This document shows, piece after piece, positions 54,362 through 63,819 of a DNA stretch of 64,000 nt. Numbering within the stretch: the stretch's first letter is position 1; every line of letters begins with the position of its first letter. The stretch spans positions 1,964-65,963 of the forward strand of contig JACQZO010000007.1 of NCBI GenBank assembly GCA_016207805.1, written 5' to 3'. Below the pieces are notes generated by a model, which searched no databases, had not been told where the DNA came from, and was given only the letters and a program-made list of their open reading frames with translations. Both the position numbers and the translations under genes were made by a program. This DNA is from Candidatus Abawacabacteria bacterium. GTDB lineage: Bacteria; Patescibacteriota; Gracilibacteria; RBG-16-42-10.

Positions 54362-57300
54362 TTATGGCTTACGAACTGATGTCCAAGAATTCATACCAGC
54401 CTTTATCTTTTGCACATCATCCTCATCATCAAAATGAGCCAAAAATACTTCTTCCAATAATTGTTTTGCCAATTTATCAGCATTCAGGTAGTTGAGTGCA
54501 TTTTTGTCAGTCTTTTGTTTGTCAGGTACTTGCCCAAGCAAATAGGCACAGCGCCGCATTTCACGGCCAGTTACTGGTAAATTAACGGGAAGGCCTTTAC
54601 TACCAGGTTTTCCTTTCCCTAAACTTTTCACAAATTCTTTACGCAACTTGTCGGTAAATTGAGTTAAAGCCAAAATCACTTCCAAATCAAACTGCTGTAC
54701 AGGAGTAAGTGGAGTTAAGGTCTGCTGGGGTGTCGCCTTATTTACATATTTATGCCAATGAGCCACAAATTTGTTACGCTTAGGATCAGACTCAATAGAC
54801 ATATCTTTCAAGGAAGGGACAGATCTAGCTACACGCCAAGCCTCCGAAACAGTATAGTCACCTGCAGCATTTTGTAATGGCGGATAAGCTACTTTAATTT
54901 CAGTCATACGACTCTGAGTAGCCATTTGGATATCAAAAGTACCTGGGTAACCGATATTGGCTGATCCCGTAAATACTACTCCTGCTGCAGCTTTGATCAC
55001 TTTTCCACCTGCTGCATTTGAAGTCATAGAGCGCTTATGATCAAAAAGAGCATGCATAAAAAGCTGACCATGCTCAGGCATACCATTGAATTCATTAAGA
55101 TTGATTATCGCACCAGGTGTTTGCATACCCTGGACAATAATTGAAGGTACCCTAATTGTCTGACTAGCTCCTCCTTCTACTTGGAGCTGAATATCTTCAC
55201 AAAGAGCAAATTCATCTGTCCACTTAGTACAGTTGAAAGAAAATAATGGGCGGCCGGTTAAATGAGCAAAAATTTCTATGAGAACATCTTTACCAGTACC
55301 GGCATGTCCTTTAAGTAAAGTAAAGTCATGTCCCAATGCTAATTGCATTTTGAAAAAACGTGCCATTTGAGCCAAATATTCTTCGGCTGTTTCATCCAAT
55401 ACCCAGCCGTCTTGCCATTTGGGCACTCTATTTTCAGCTATTTCTGCATTTCCGATACTAGCAGGGGCGCTGCTTTTTTCTAAGCGCTCTAATTGGCGAA
55501 GTTGAATCACATGATGCTCAGCACAATATTTGCCATAGGCCTCCACAGCAGCTGTACAGCTCGCACGCCATTGATCATAGGCAGCAATCTCTGCTGCATC
55601 CGTAATTGCCGGTCGAAGCACACTACCATCTTCGGCGGTAATTGCATTCTTAGTAACGGAAAGACTTTTAGCAACTCCCCAGCGCTTCTTACCAACAGCA
55701 TATTTGGTGTGAATTTCATCTCTTAGCCTTTTTGCTTCAGCCTTCACAGCGTCCCAATTACCAGCATCTCTCTTGAATGCAGCAAATTCTTTTACTGTCA
55801 TATAAGTAGCAGGTACTTCTTGACCACGATATTGACTGATACCAGCATACTGTTCTACTTCAGATGACATACTCCATAAGGGTATTCTCCTCTTACTAGC
55901 TCCGACAGTCATTTCAAGTTCAGGCTCACCCTTGAAGTCCTGAGCTGACTTTCCATTTCCTCGTGAGCTCTCATCCATTTTGAATACCAAATCAAATTGC
56001 GGTCTCACTTGAGTTACTTTGGCTACTACAGGAACTTGATAATAAGGAAATGAATCGTTGCCCAGACGCACCTCACGAGCACCATTAGTGCCAGTTTGCA
56101 ACTTTGCCGTTCTTTCAATTTCACCAGCGAGTTGAGCCACTTGCGCCTGTAAATGAGCCTCAAGTTCATCTGCGCCGTGAATATCATGGCCACGAACAGC
56201 AGCAATGGTTAAGGTCAATGCATGTCCCTCCGGTCCTTGCATAAATACTTCCAAGGCAGCTCTGTCACTAAATTGTCGACGTTTAGCCTGAGCAATTAAG
56301 TCATCAATATCTACTCGAACCATACTGCGAGCCTGATGTTTCTTTTCTTCTGCCAATCGCATAGCTTCTGCCTTTTTGGCATCCATAGCAAATTGGCAAT
56401 CTCTTACTGCATTGTTTACTATCAATAAAGCATTAGCTATTGCTCCTCGTGCTTGAGCTGCACCAGAAGGACAAGCAGTTTCCAATTGGCGCAACCGAGC
56501 TCTCACGGCTGGCAACTTCAACTTTTTCCATGTGTCTAAATCACTTTCATTAATCATAGCATCCACTTCTTTGCGCACCTCATTAGCAATGGCATCAAGA
56601 TCAGGTTGTATTCTAGCGGCAGTATTATTGTACAATCCTACCAATTCACCTTCTACAGTAGCATAAGCATCGCTTACTTCTTGTGCTAAAACTGTATCAA
56701 CCTGGGATCTAAACTGCGCCAGTGCTTCTAATTCGTTCTTTAAAGCTAAGGCATTCACTAGGGTAAAGTTGCCAATTGCAGCGCGGGTCGTGACAACAGC
56801 AGCGGCCATTCTAGCTCGAGCAAACAGTAGTGTTTTTTGGTGAAGAGCAGCTTCAACATCGCTTGCTATATAGTCTGTTTCGAGAGCAGTTGATCCTGAC
56901 GCTACTATATCTTTTTTGGCTATTTGTAAAGCTGCAGTAAGTTCTTCGGCTCTTTCTAAAGTTGTGGCCGCCTGGACTTCAGGAATAAAGCGCGCTGTCA
57001 ACGCATCTTTACTAGGTTTTAATCGCACTTGTACCGCTTGAGACAATTGTGGAGCCCGTGGTGCTGCTACTGCGAGACCTGCAGCAGGCTGTGCACTGGT
57101 AGCTGCTGCCGGTATTGCTAATTGAGCGACTGCTCGTTTTACTTTTAACTCGGCAGATAGAGTGGCAAAATCTGGCTCCGCTGTCACCAAGTAGCCAGCC
57201 TTGTCGACAGCACGTAATTTGCCATTTTGATCTAAATGCACATGAGACAAACTTGGTATCACAGCAGCTTGTTCGCCGGTAGCGATCTCGATCACGATCA

Positions 57301-58426
57301 CATTATCACCGGCATTAAGAATAAAAAAAGTGCCGCTAGGATCCACTTGTAAATTTGAAACTGTGGCAAAATTGTTTTTCAGTGGATATTCAGTTTTCTG
57401 ATAAGTAGTCAAATCAACACCAATTACACTTCCAGGCCTGCTTGAAGTACAGTAAAAAAATCTTTTTTTGTCTCTCGATAGGCAAAAGTTGTTGCCAACG
57501 TTGGGCATATTGTCTGAAAACTTGGTCGTAAAATTTCCAGATGTCACATCTCTGATTGAAATCATGGGTGTTTCTACCAGCACACAATGATTATCATCAA
57601 TAGGTTTAAGCTCAGGTAGCGTCGCAAACTTCTGGACAACTTTTTCTGCATCTGGTAAGGCGGGATTAGCCAAAGCCCATGGTGCAAACTTACCCCAGTC
57701 GCGAGGTGGTAATGGAGCCCCATTAGCAGTCATTTGAAAGGCTATGCCAGCTTTATTGACACCACGCACTATCAGATATTGTTCTCCGTTAAAAGGCACT
57801 ACAGATGCATAGCCATCAACAATTTGCATTCCCAAGTTTTTGATGGCATCACGTTGAACTTTGTCTACATTCAGCCGTGTTTGCTTCGCTACCAGTTCTT
57901 CTATTTGGGCAACAAAAGCCGGTGGTAGATTATTTGCTTTATTAGCAAAACCAATTGCCAGCATGGTTGCAAATGAAAGTGATCGCCCACCGCGACTGAA
58001 TACCTGACCATATTTATCAGCGACTTGCCAATCAGTCATGGGACGATCAGTCTCCAGTAATTGACCAACTGAACTTTGAGATGAGCGTAACGCGTCAAAA
58101 TTTTGCACGGCTTCCTCTATCCGTATTTGACAAAGTGCCATCCGATCTTTGCTACCATCAGGAACACGTCCATTGCCATCAAAAAGACGCATACCGCTTC
58201 CCACTTGACCATAGGGAGTGACCACCTTTTCGACTACTGCCGAGTAATCCCCCACCATGGTTATTTCCCGAATATTTCCGACATTCGTTGCCACAGGTTC
58301 AGCTGATCGCAAGACATTACTCAATTTCAAGCCATCGGAAGCTGGGGCTACTACTGTAGGAGGGGTAACACTTGGTGCGCGAGGTGCATTTGGTTTTTCA
58401 AACCCCTGATCGCTGAAAACACCCAT
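54362..58426 (-). CDS. giant protein with C-terminal MoxR/AAA_5-like AAA+ module (non-canonical Walker motifs) and ~1000 aa of unassigned N-terminal sequence
   Basis: LLKGHAGTGKDVLIEIFAHLTGRPLFSFNC (Walker A at 55286-55309), GAIINLNEFNGMP (Walker B position, 55091-55108), VVFTGSANIGYPG...QSRMTEIKVAYP. This layout is typical of AAA_5. No signal peptide or TM helix. Confidence 0.65.
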   Translation of the reverse strand: MGVFSDQGFEKPNAPRAPSVTPPTVVAPASDGLKLSNVLRSAEPVATNVGNIREITMVGDYSAVVEKVVTPYGQVGSGMRLFDGNGRVPDGSKDRMALCQIRIEEAVQNFDALRSSQSSVGQLLETDRPMTDWQVADKYGQVFSRGGRSLSFATMLAIGFANKANNLPPAFVAQIEELVAKQTRLNVDKVQRDAIKNLGMQIVDGYASVVPFNGEQYLIVRGVNKAGIAFQMTANGAPLPPRDWGKFAPWALANPALPDAEKVVQKFATLPELKPIDDNHCVLVETPMISIRDVTSGNFTTKFSDNMPNVGNNFCLSRDKKRFFYCTSSRPGSVIGVDLTTYQKTEYPLKNNFATVSNLQVDPSGTFFILNAGDNVIVIEIATGEQAAVIPSLSHVHLDQNGKLRAVDKAGYLVTAEPDFATLSAELKVKRAVAQLAIPAAATSAQPAAGLAVAAPRAPQLSQAVQVRLKPSKDALTARFIPEVQAATTLERAEELTAALQIAKKDIVASGSTALETDYIASDVEAALHQKTLLFARARMAAAVVTTRAAIGNFTLVNALALKNELEALAQFRSQVDTVLAQEVSDAYATVEGELVGLYNNTAARIQPDLDAIANEVRKEVDAMINESDLDTWKKLKLPAVRARLRQLETACPSGAAQARGAIANALLIVNNAVRDCQFAMDAKKAEAMRLAEEKKHQARSMVRVDIDDLIAQAKRRQFSDRAALEVFMQGPEGHALTLTIAAVRGHDIHGADELEAHLQAQVAQLAGEIERTAKLQTGTNGAREVRLGNDSFPYYQVPVVAKVTQVRPQFDLVFKMDESSRGNGKSAQDFKGEPELEMTVGASKRRIPLWSMSSEVEQYAGISQYRGQEVPATYMTVKEFAAFKRDAGNWDAVKAEAKRLRDEIHTKYAVGKKRWGVAKSLSVTKNAITAEDGSVLRPAITDAAEIAAYDQWRASCTAAVEAYGKYCAEHHVIQLRQLERLEKSSAPASIGNAEIAENRVPKWQDGWVLDETAEEYLAQMARFFKMQLALGHDFTLLKGHAGTGKDVLIEIFAHLTGRPLFSFNCTKWTDEFALCEDIQLQVEGGASQTIRVPSIIVQGMQTPGAIINLNEFNGMPEHGQLFMHALFDHKRSMTSNAAGGKVIKAAAGVVFTGSANIGYPGTFDIQMATQSRMTEIKVAYPPLQNAAGDYTVSEAWRVARSVPSLKDMSIESDPKRNKFVAHWHKYVNKATPQQTLTPLTPVQQFDLEVILALTQFTDKLRKEFVKSLGKGKPGSKGLPVNLPVTGREMRRCAYLLGQVPDKQKTDKNALNYLNADKLAKQLLEEVFLAHFDDEDDVQKIKAGMNSWTSVRKP

Positions 58427-58450
58427 AAACTTGTTTTAAAGAATCTTATT

Positions 58451-58479
58451 ATTATGACAGGATTATCAACAAATGACAA
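58451..58479 (-). promoter_or_regulatory. candidate sigma70-like promoter of the three-gene operon
   Basis: Minus strand: TTGTCA (58474-58479), a 17-nt spacer, then CATAAT (58451-58456), about 25 nt upstream of the ATG at 58426. The same TTGTCA-17-TAxxxT layout occurs upstream of tRNA-Val. Confidence 0.3.
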
Positions 58480-58584
58480 TAGATTAAAGCATCTAAATAC
58501 AAAACATACTTTTAGTGGAGGACCAATCTAGGTCATTTCCCCAAAAATCTCAACCATGCCAAGTAATATCATCCATAGTTATCA

Positions 58585-59292
58585 CTATTTGCTATTCATC
58601 ATGCTATAGTCAGCTATAAAGGCTAAACAATTATTAACTACATGAAAAACAATTCCAGGTAATAAAGAATTTGTCCTAAATCGCACCCAAGCCAACATAA
58701 AACCTAAAAATAATAAGGGAATAATACTGCCAATCTGAAAGTGTAATAAGCCAAAAAATATTGCATTGGCCAGAAAAGAAATATAGGGATACCGCTCTAC
58801 TGGAAGACATATCATACCCCAACCACGAAAAATATATTCTTCTACTGTGGGGGCAATGAATATCGCAATAATTAAAGCGGCAATCACCCCTACCCCTTGG
58901 CCCAGAGGTTCAAGCAAAGATGGCTGTTCACTCAAGCCTGGAATGGAATCTATGCCCCAGTATTGTGCTACTGAAAACAATAAGCCAACAAAAGTAAAGT
59001 AGCAAAGAAATATCAACAACACATTCCCCACTAGCTGAAAGTAGCCAGTGTTATGAAAAGAAATACGTTTTCTTTCATTGGGGAAGCGGCGAAAGAACCA
59101 AAAGTAAACAGTGAAAAGAAATATACTTGTTTGTAAACTATACCCCCAAACGAATGCTAACCAGGGAGTCTCGATATGCCAAAATACAGAGCGCACCAAA
59201 TCTATCACATTTACTAAAAGTACCACGCTAAATAGCATGAACAAAAATGACAGCCAATTTTTACCAAACAATATTTCTTTCAGTTTCTGCAT
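58585..59292 (-). CDS. CPBP family intramembrane glutamic endopeptidase (CAAX protease-like)
   Basis: EEYIFRG, FGLLH and HVVNN motifs embedded in TM helices. Confidence 0.8.
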   Translation of the reverse strand: MQKLKEILFGKNWLSFLFMLFSVVLLVNVIDLVRSVFWHIETPWLAFVWGYSLQTSIFLFTVYFWFFRRFPNERKRISFHNTGYFQLVGNVLLIFLCYFTFVGLLFSVAQYWGIDSIPGLSEQPSLLEPLGQGVGVIAALIIAIFIAPTVEEYIFRGWGMICLPVERYPYISFLANAIFFGLLHFQIGSIIPLLFLGFMLAWVRFRTNSLLPGIVFHVVNNCLAFIADYSMMNSK

Positions 59293-59668
59293 GGTAACTA
59301 AGGGTAATATCTAAATGTGGTTGCAATAATAACTCGGGCACTCGCTCTGGCCATTCAATACATATATAGGCTACCTGATCAAGATCTGGTGCCGGAAAAA
59401 TATCATCAATATTGCCTACAAAACGGTATAAATCTAAATGATACAACTTTCTCTGATCTTTAGCGTCATATTCCCGAATATAAGTAAAGGTAGGACTAAC
59501 AATAGGGCGTGTCACACCCAGGTATTTACCTAAGCGCTGAGTAAAAGTTGTTTTTCCGGCACCTAGCTCGCCATGCAGAAAAATAAGTTTACTGGCTGGT
59601 ACCGCTGCGAGAATTTGGGGAATGTATAAATCAAATTCACTAGGGTGTGAAATCAATATCTGATGCAT
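59261..59668 (-). CDS. tsaE: tRNA t6A biosynthesis ATPase TsaE
   Basis: LHGELGAGKTTFTQ, SPTFTYIREY, YHLDLYR, IEWPE. Confidence 0.8.
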   Translation of the reverse strand: MHQILISHPSEFDLYIPQILAAVPASKLIFLHGELGAGKTTFTQRLGKYLGVTRPIVSPTFTYIREYDAKDQRKLYHLDLYRFVGNIDDIFPAPDLDQVAYICIEWPERVPELLLQPHLDITLSYHAETERNIVW

Positions 59669-59722
59669 AATTGCCGCTAAAGCAGGAACAGTATAATATT
59701 CATCTGAATCTCAAGCAAAAGG

Positions 59723-60865
59723 ATGTCAGACTCTGCCAAAAATAGTCAAAAAGTTTATCTGCAAGTAACTAGCCTCAAAAAGGAACCAAGCATTGCTAGC
59801 AAAGGTACAACAGCCTTGCATTCAGTTTGGCAAAGTGCCAAAGAAAAAAGTATTAAACTAAGTACTAAAATAAAAAGTCAGCTATTTAGACGAAAACATT
59901 TTTCCGCCATTGGTCCTCAGGCTGAAACTGAAACACATAAAACTAGTTTCACATCAGCTTCATTAAAAACTTTGCGTGAGTTGCGACGGAACTTTCTGCG
60001 TAGTGTTGCCACAGTTTTTATCATGGCCTTAGTATTAACTACTATTGGTACGGCAATTATAGTGAGCTTCATCACCGAAGAAGCGATTCGCATCGTTAAT
60101 GCTAAATTGGATGTCAGTATCGAGGTGCAAGAAAATGTACCATTAGAAAAAGTCCAGACTTTAATTAAAGAGATTGAGATTCTCCCTGCGATCAGAAGCG
60201 TGACATATATAAGCAAGAATGACGCTTTAGAAATATTCCGCAAAGATCATCCCGATCTCACTGAGTTTTTACAAACTTACAATATCAATAATCCCTTACC
60301 AGCACTGATCCGCATCAATGTGAAAGATCCCAAAGATTACCAGGAGGTATTAAATTTTCTTGATCGGAGAGAAAATAGTACTATTATCAATCTTACTAAG
60401 GCCAGAGACAATTTCAGCGAAAGGAGTCGCATTGAACAATTAATCGGTATTACTGATACCGTAAAGTACTTTCTTTATTTTTTTATTACGCTATTTATTG
60501 TGATCGGGGTATTAATTATTGTGGCTACAGTACAATTGAGCTTACAACAGAGAAAACGAGAACTCTCTATCATGCAAGTGGTAGGAGCCAGCTTTCGCCG
60601 AATACTCTCACCCTTTATTTGGGAAAGTGTTTTGTTAAGCATTTTCAGTACATTATTAGCTTCTGCTGTCTTAGTAGCCATAGCAGTAAAGCTGACGCCA
60701 TTGACCATGCAGTACTTTGATAGTCCGACGGTAAATATCGTTCGTTTTCTAGAAATTAATGCTTTACCAATAACAACTATACTACTGGGTGCAGCCCTAG
60801 GTATTTCCCTAATTGTCACTCTACTGACAGCTTGGCGTTATCTCCGAAGCCAAAGGCTCTTTTAG
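59723..60865 (+). CDS. ftsX: FtsX-like permease with ~90-aa N-terminal extension
   Basis: TM1, a periplasmic FtsX-ECD-like region (VTYISKNDALEIF...), then three TM helices with RELSIMQVVGAS. No ftsE lies adjacent. Confidence 0.65.
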   Translation: MSDSAKNSQKVYLQVTSLKKEPSIASKGTTALHSVWQSAKEKSIKLSTKIKSQLFRRKHFSAIGPQAETETHKTSFTSASLKTLRELRRNFLRSVATVFIMALVLTTIGTAIIVSFITEEAIRIVNAKLDVSIEVQENVPLEKVQTLIKEIEILPAIRSVTYISKNDALEIFRKDHPDLTEFLQTYNINNPLPALIRINVKDPKDYQEVLNFLDRRENSTIINLTKARDNFSERSRIEQLIGITDTVKYFLYFFITLFIVIGVLIIVATVQLSLQQRKRELSIMQVVGASFRRILSPFIWESVLLSIFSTLLASAVLVAIAVKLTPLTMQYFDSPTVNIVRFLEINALPITTILLGAALGISLIVTLLTAWRYLRSQRLF

Positions 60866-61604
60866 TATTGTGATAAACCTGCTCGGCCAAAAGTTCTGGT
60901 TCTATATTCCTTAGCTGTGCTAACTTTTGTAAGGTCGCTGGTAAAAAAGCAGGCTCACATCTTTTACCACGCATTGGCTCGGGTGCAAGAAAAGGAGCAT
61001 CAGTTTCAATGAGCAGAGCGTCGGCAGGAATCTTTTGGGCTATTATTTGCAGCTCAGTAGCTTTAGCGAAAGTGACAATACCACTTAAAGAGATAAAGCC
61101 TCCGAGAGCGATGATCCACTCAATATCTCTTTCTGTACCGGTAAAACAGTGCATAATAAATCGCAAACCAGTATATTCCGCAATTATTCTTTGCGCAGCT
61201 AAAAATGCATCTCTAACGTGAAAAACTACCGGCAAATTGTACTTCATAGCTAATTCAATCTGGGCCCGCATCACTTGCTCCTGGAGCTCTGGAGAATGAG
61301 GATTGCGAAAATAATCTAAACCAGTTTCGCCTATAGCTACTATTGAATGCTCATGCAACATAGTTTCTAACCAACCAGCAACAATTTCATTCCATTCCGA
61401 TACATGATGTGGATGAATACCGAGAGTGATAGAACAATGATTAAGTTGCGCAACTTGCTTGATCAATACTTGATTGGTGGCATGATCATTGCCTACCACT
61501 ATGATATGTTCAACTCCAGCGGCTAATGCTCGATCAATAACTGCTGATCGGTCTCCATCGAATTCGGCTAAATGAATATGGCAATGACTATCAATGAGCC
61601 TCAT
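60816..61604 (-). CDS. tatD: TatD family metal-dependent hydrolase
   Basis: MRLIDSHCHI, IGETGLDY, HVRDA, HCF.G, ETDAPFL. Confidence 0.9.
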   Translation of the reverse strand: MRLIDSHCHIHLAEFDGDRSAVIDRALAAGVEHIIVVGNDHATNQVLIKQVAQLNHCSITLGIHPHHVSEWNEIVAGWLETMLHEHSIVAIGETGLDYFRNPHSPELQEQVMRAQIELAMKYNLPVVFHVRDAFLAAQRIIAEYTGLRFIMHCFTGTERDIEWIIALGGFISLSGIVTFAKATELQIIAQKIPADALLIETDAPFLAPEPMRGKRCEPAFLPATLQKLAQLRNIEPELLAEQVYHNTKRAFGFGDNAKLSVE

Positions 61605-62341
61605 ACTAAGAAGCGATCAAAAATATTGCTATAAGCACGCAAATGTAAGACATTACTAATATAGTACTTCTTTTCATCCATAGGCTGTACCAAAATTTCA
61701 AATTCATAACGTCCTCGTTCTAGCAAAGTAAGTTCTAGCCGAACTTTATTCCCTTGAACCGTATAATGAAAAGAAAAGGGCTTCTCATACTTTTCTTGTA
61801 AGGCCATTTGGCTAAACGTCTCTAAAGTTGACGGCCAAAAGATTAAAGGACGATTGCACTTGTAATACTTTTTGCGAGTATTCAAGCGAAGAAATCTTCT
61901 GGCAAAGTTTTGGGTAAAATAAAATGTTTCATCTTTGGCCTTGATCACTCCTACACCAACACAATTAAAACTAGCAGTAAGAATATTCGCTCGGTGACCA
62001 GGACTTTTCATCAAAGCTTTCTCTGCTTCTTCGGTAACATCATCAAAACCCCGCATCTTGGCGAGATTCTCACCAAAAGCAACATCGGTAATTCCCGCTC
62101 CCCGAATTCGATCACCCGGATCGCGATTTTGGGGATCCACATGGGCAAAAAAGTCCTGTTCGGCCATTTGATTGGAATGAGCCCGGGCTACCAGTCTCAA
62201 GTCATTCTGCATTGCCAAAGACTTCAAGCCATGGAATTTACGGTCATCGTTAAGCAGTTTCCACATTAGCCATTCTTTGTTTTCTAAACTTTCCGGACGA
62301 AATAGATGATGAAACCAATAAAGCAGATGATCTTTAAGCAT
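61601..62341 (-). CDS. CAP (SCP/PR-1, YkwD-like) domain protein
   Basis: LN.DR...GL..L.....L...A..HS..M......F.H....GENLA...SPGHRANIL...FN.VGVGV. Confidence 0.7.
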   Translation of the reverse strand: MLKDHLLYWFHHLFRPESLENKEWLMWKLLNDDRKFHGLKSLAMQNDLRLVARAHSNQMAEQDFFAHVDPQNRDPGDRIRGAGITDVAFGENLAKMRGFDDVTEEAEKALMKSPGHRANILTASFNCVGVGVIKAKDETFYFTQNFARRFLRLNTRKKYYKCNRPLIFWPSTLETFSQMALQEKYEKPFSFHYTVQGNKVRLELTLLERGRYEFEILVQPMDEKKYYISNVLHLRAYSNIFDRFLV

Positions 62342-62342
62342 A

Positions 62343-63404
62343 TTAAGCTGAAAGATTAGCCTGCTCTTGAGCCAAACTTAGTGCTTCAATAATATCATCA
62401 ATCGCGCCATCCATTTTTTGTACTATCCCAGACCAACTTTGCTGAATACGATGATCAGTGATTCTATCTTGAGGGAAATTGTATGTCCGAATTTTTTCAC
62501 TACGATCTCCAGTGCCGATCTGAGATCTTCGCATTGATGTTCTTTCATTATTTAATCGCTCGATTTCTTGCGCCAACAAACGAGAACGCAATACCTTCAT
62601 CGCCTTGGCACGATTTTTCTGTTGAGACTTTTCATCCTGACAAGTAACTACCGTACCAGTAGCTAAATGAGTAATACGCACAGCTGAGTCAGTGGTATTA
62701 ACACTTTGCCCCCCATGACCCCCAGCCCGAAAAACATCGACGCGAATATCTTCAGCTTTGATATTGATATCCGCTTCCTCTGCTTCAGGCAACACAGAAA
62801 TAGTAGCTGTCGACGTATGAATACGACCAGCTCCTTCTGTTGCCGGAATGCGCTGGACACGATGGACACCACTCTCATTACGCAATTTACCAAAGGCACC
62901 TTGTCCCTTAATCATAATAATCACTTCTTTGACAGCGCCAAGCTCGCCATAACTAGCATGCATCAATTCTGCTTTCCAGCCTTGTTTTTCAGCATAGCGG
63001 GTATACATACGTAGCAAGTCAGCACCAAACAAACCAGCCTCATCGCCACCTGTACCAGCTCGTACTTCTAGGATGACACTTTTCTCATCATTGGGATCCT
63101 TGGGCACCAAGAGCAGCTTAAGTTTATCTTCTAACTCGGTAATTTGATTACCAAGTGTCACCAACTCTTCTTTAGCCATTGTTTGCAGAGAAGCATCACT
63201 ATCACTATTTAGTAATGCTTCTGTATCGTTTTTTTCTTTTAAAAGGCTTTCCAACTCATTAGCAACTTCAATAATCGCACTTAATTCAGAATGACGCTTG
63301 GCGACACTCTCATGTTTTTTGCGATCTTTGAAGAGCGAGGGATCAGCAAGCTGCTTTTCAAGATCTGCAAACTCCTGACGTAGAGCTGCAACCTTATCAA
63401 GCAT
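62343..63404 (-). CDS. prfA: peptide chain release factor 1
   Basis: The PAT tripeptide (VQRIPATEG) identifies RF1. GGQ motif ([20 protein letters not shown]). Confidence 0.95.
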   Translation of the reverse strand: MLDKVAALRQEFADLEKQLADPSLFKDRKKHESVAKRHSELSAIIEVANELESLLKEKNDTEALLNSDSDASLQTMAKEELVTLGNQITELEDKLKLLLVPKDPNDEKSVILEVRAGTGGDEAGLFGADLLRMYTRYAEKQGWKAELMHASYGELGAVKEVIIMIKGQGAFGKLRNESGVHRVQRIPATEGAGRIHTSTATISVLPEAEEADINIKAEDIRVDVFRAGGHGGQSVNTTDSAVRITHLATGTVVTCQDEKSQQKNRAKAMKVLRSRLLAQEIERLNNERTSMRRSQIGTGDRSEKIRTYNFPQDRITDHRIQQSWSGIVQKMDGAIDDIIEALSLAQEQANLSA

Positions 63405-63413
63405 ACTTGGAAT

Positions 63414-63752
63414 TTATTTTTTCTTAGCTACTTTTTTTGCTTTTGCTGGTTTTGCTTCTGCTGCCACCAACTCTGCAGTATTTTCGGTATTACTAAGCAG
63501 TTCTTCTTCTGCATCTGCAGGTTTCTTCTGTTTGTCAGCACGGGCTTTTTCGGCAGCCTGCAACTTTTGCTTAAATCGATCTACACGACCAGCTGTGTCC
63601 AAGATCTTAGTTTTACCAGTATAAAAAGGATGACAAGCAGAACAGATTTCTGTATCGAGTTTCTCTTTTGTTGAACTCACATCATAAGTGGCTCCACATA
63701 CACATGTGGCTGTAACTTTCATAAAGTATTCTGGATGGATTGCTGTTTTCAT
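63414..63752 (-). CDS. rpmE: 50S ribosomal protein L31 (Zn-ribbon type A) with Lys/Ala-rich C-terminal extension
   Basis: MKTAIHPEY...CVCG...CSACHPFYTGK.K..DTAGRVDRF, then a tail of about 45 aa: KARADKQKKPADAEEE...AKPAKAKKVAKKK. Confidence 0.9.
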   Translation of the reverse strand: MKTAIHPEYFMKVTATCVCGATYDVSSTKEKLDTEICSACHPFYTGKTKILDTAGRVDRFKQKLQAAEKARADKQKKPADAEEELLSNTENTAELVAAEAKPAKAKKVAKKK

Positions 63753-63819
63753 AAACAAAATAAAGAGACGCGAGTAGTGTAAAGAGTGCTTTTTGTTTTG
63801 TCAAAAGAAAGAGTCTTGA

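Noticed and set aside
60816-60865. 50-nt convergent overlap of the ftsX-like and tatD 3' ends
   Set aside because: It is probably genuine but unremarkable in a compact genome. No frameshift signature or alternative stop suggests an annotation problem, and no structure is evident.
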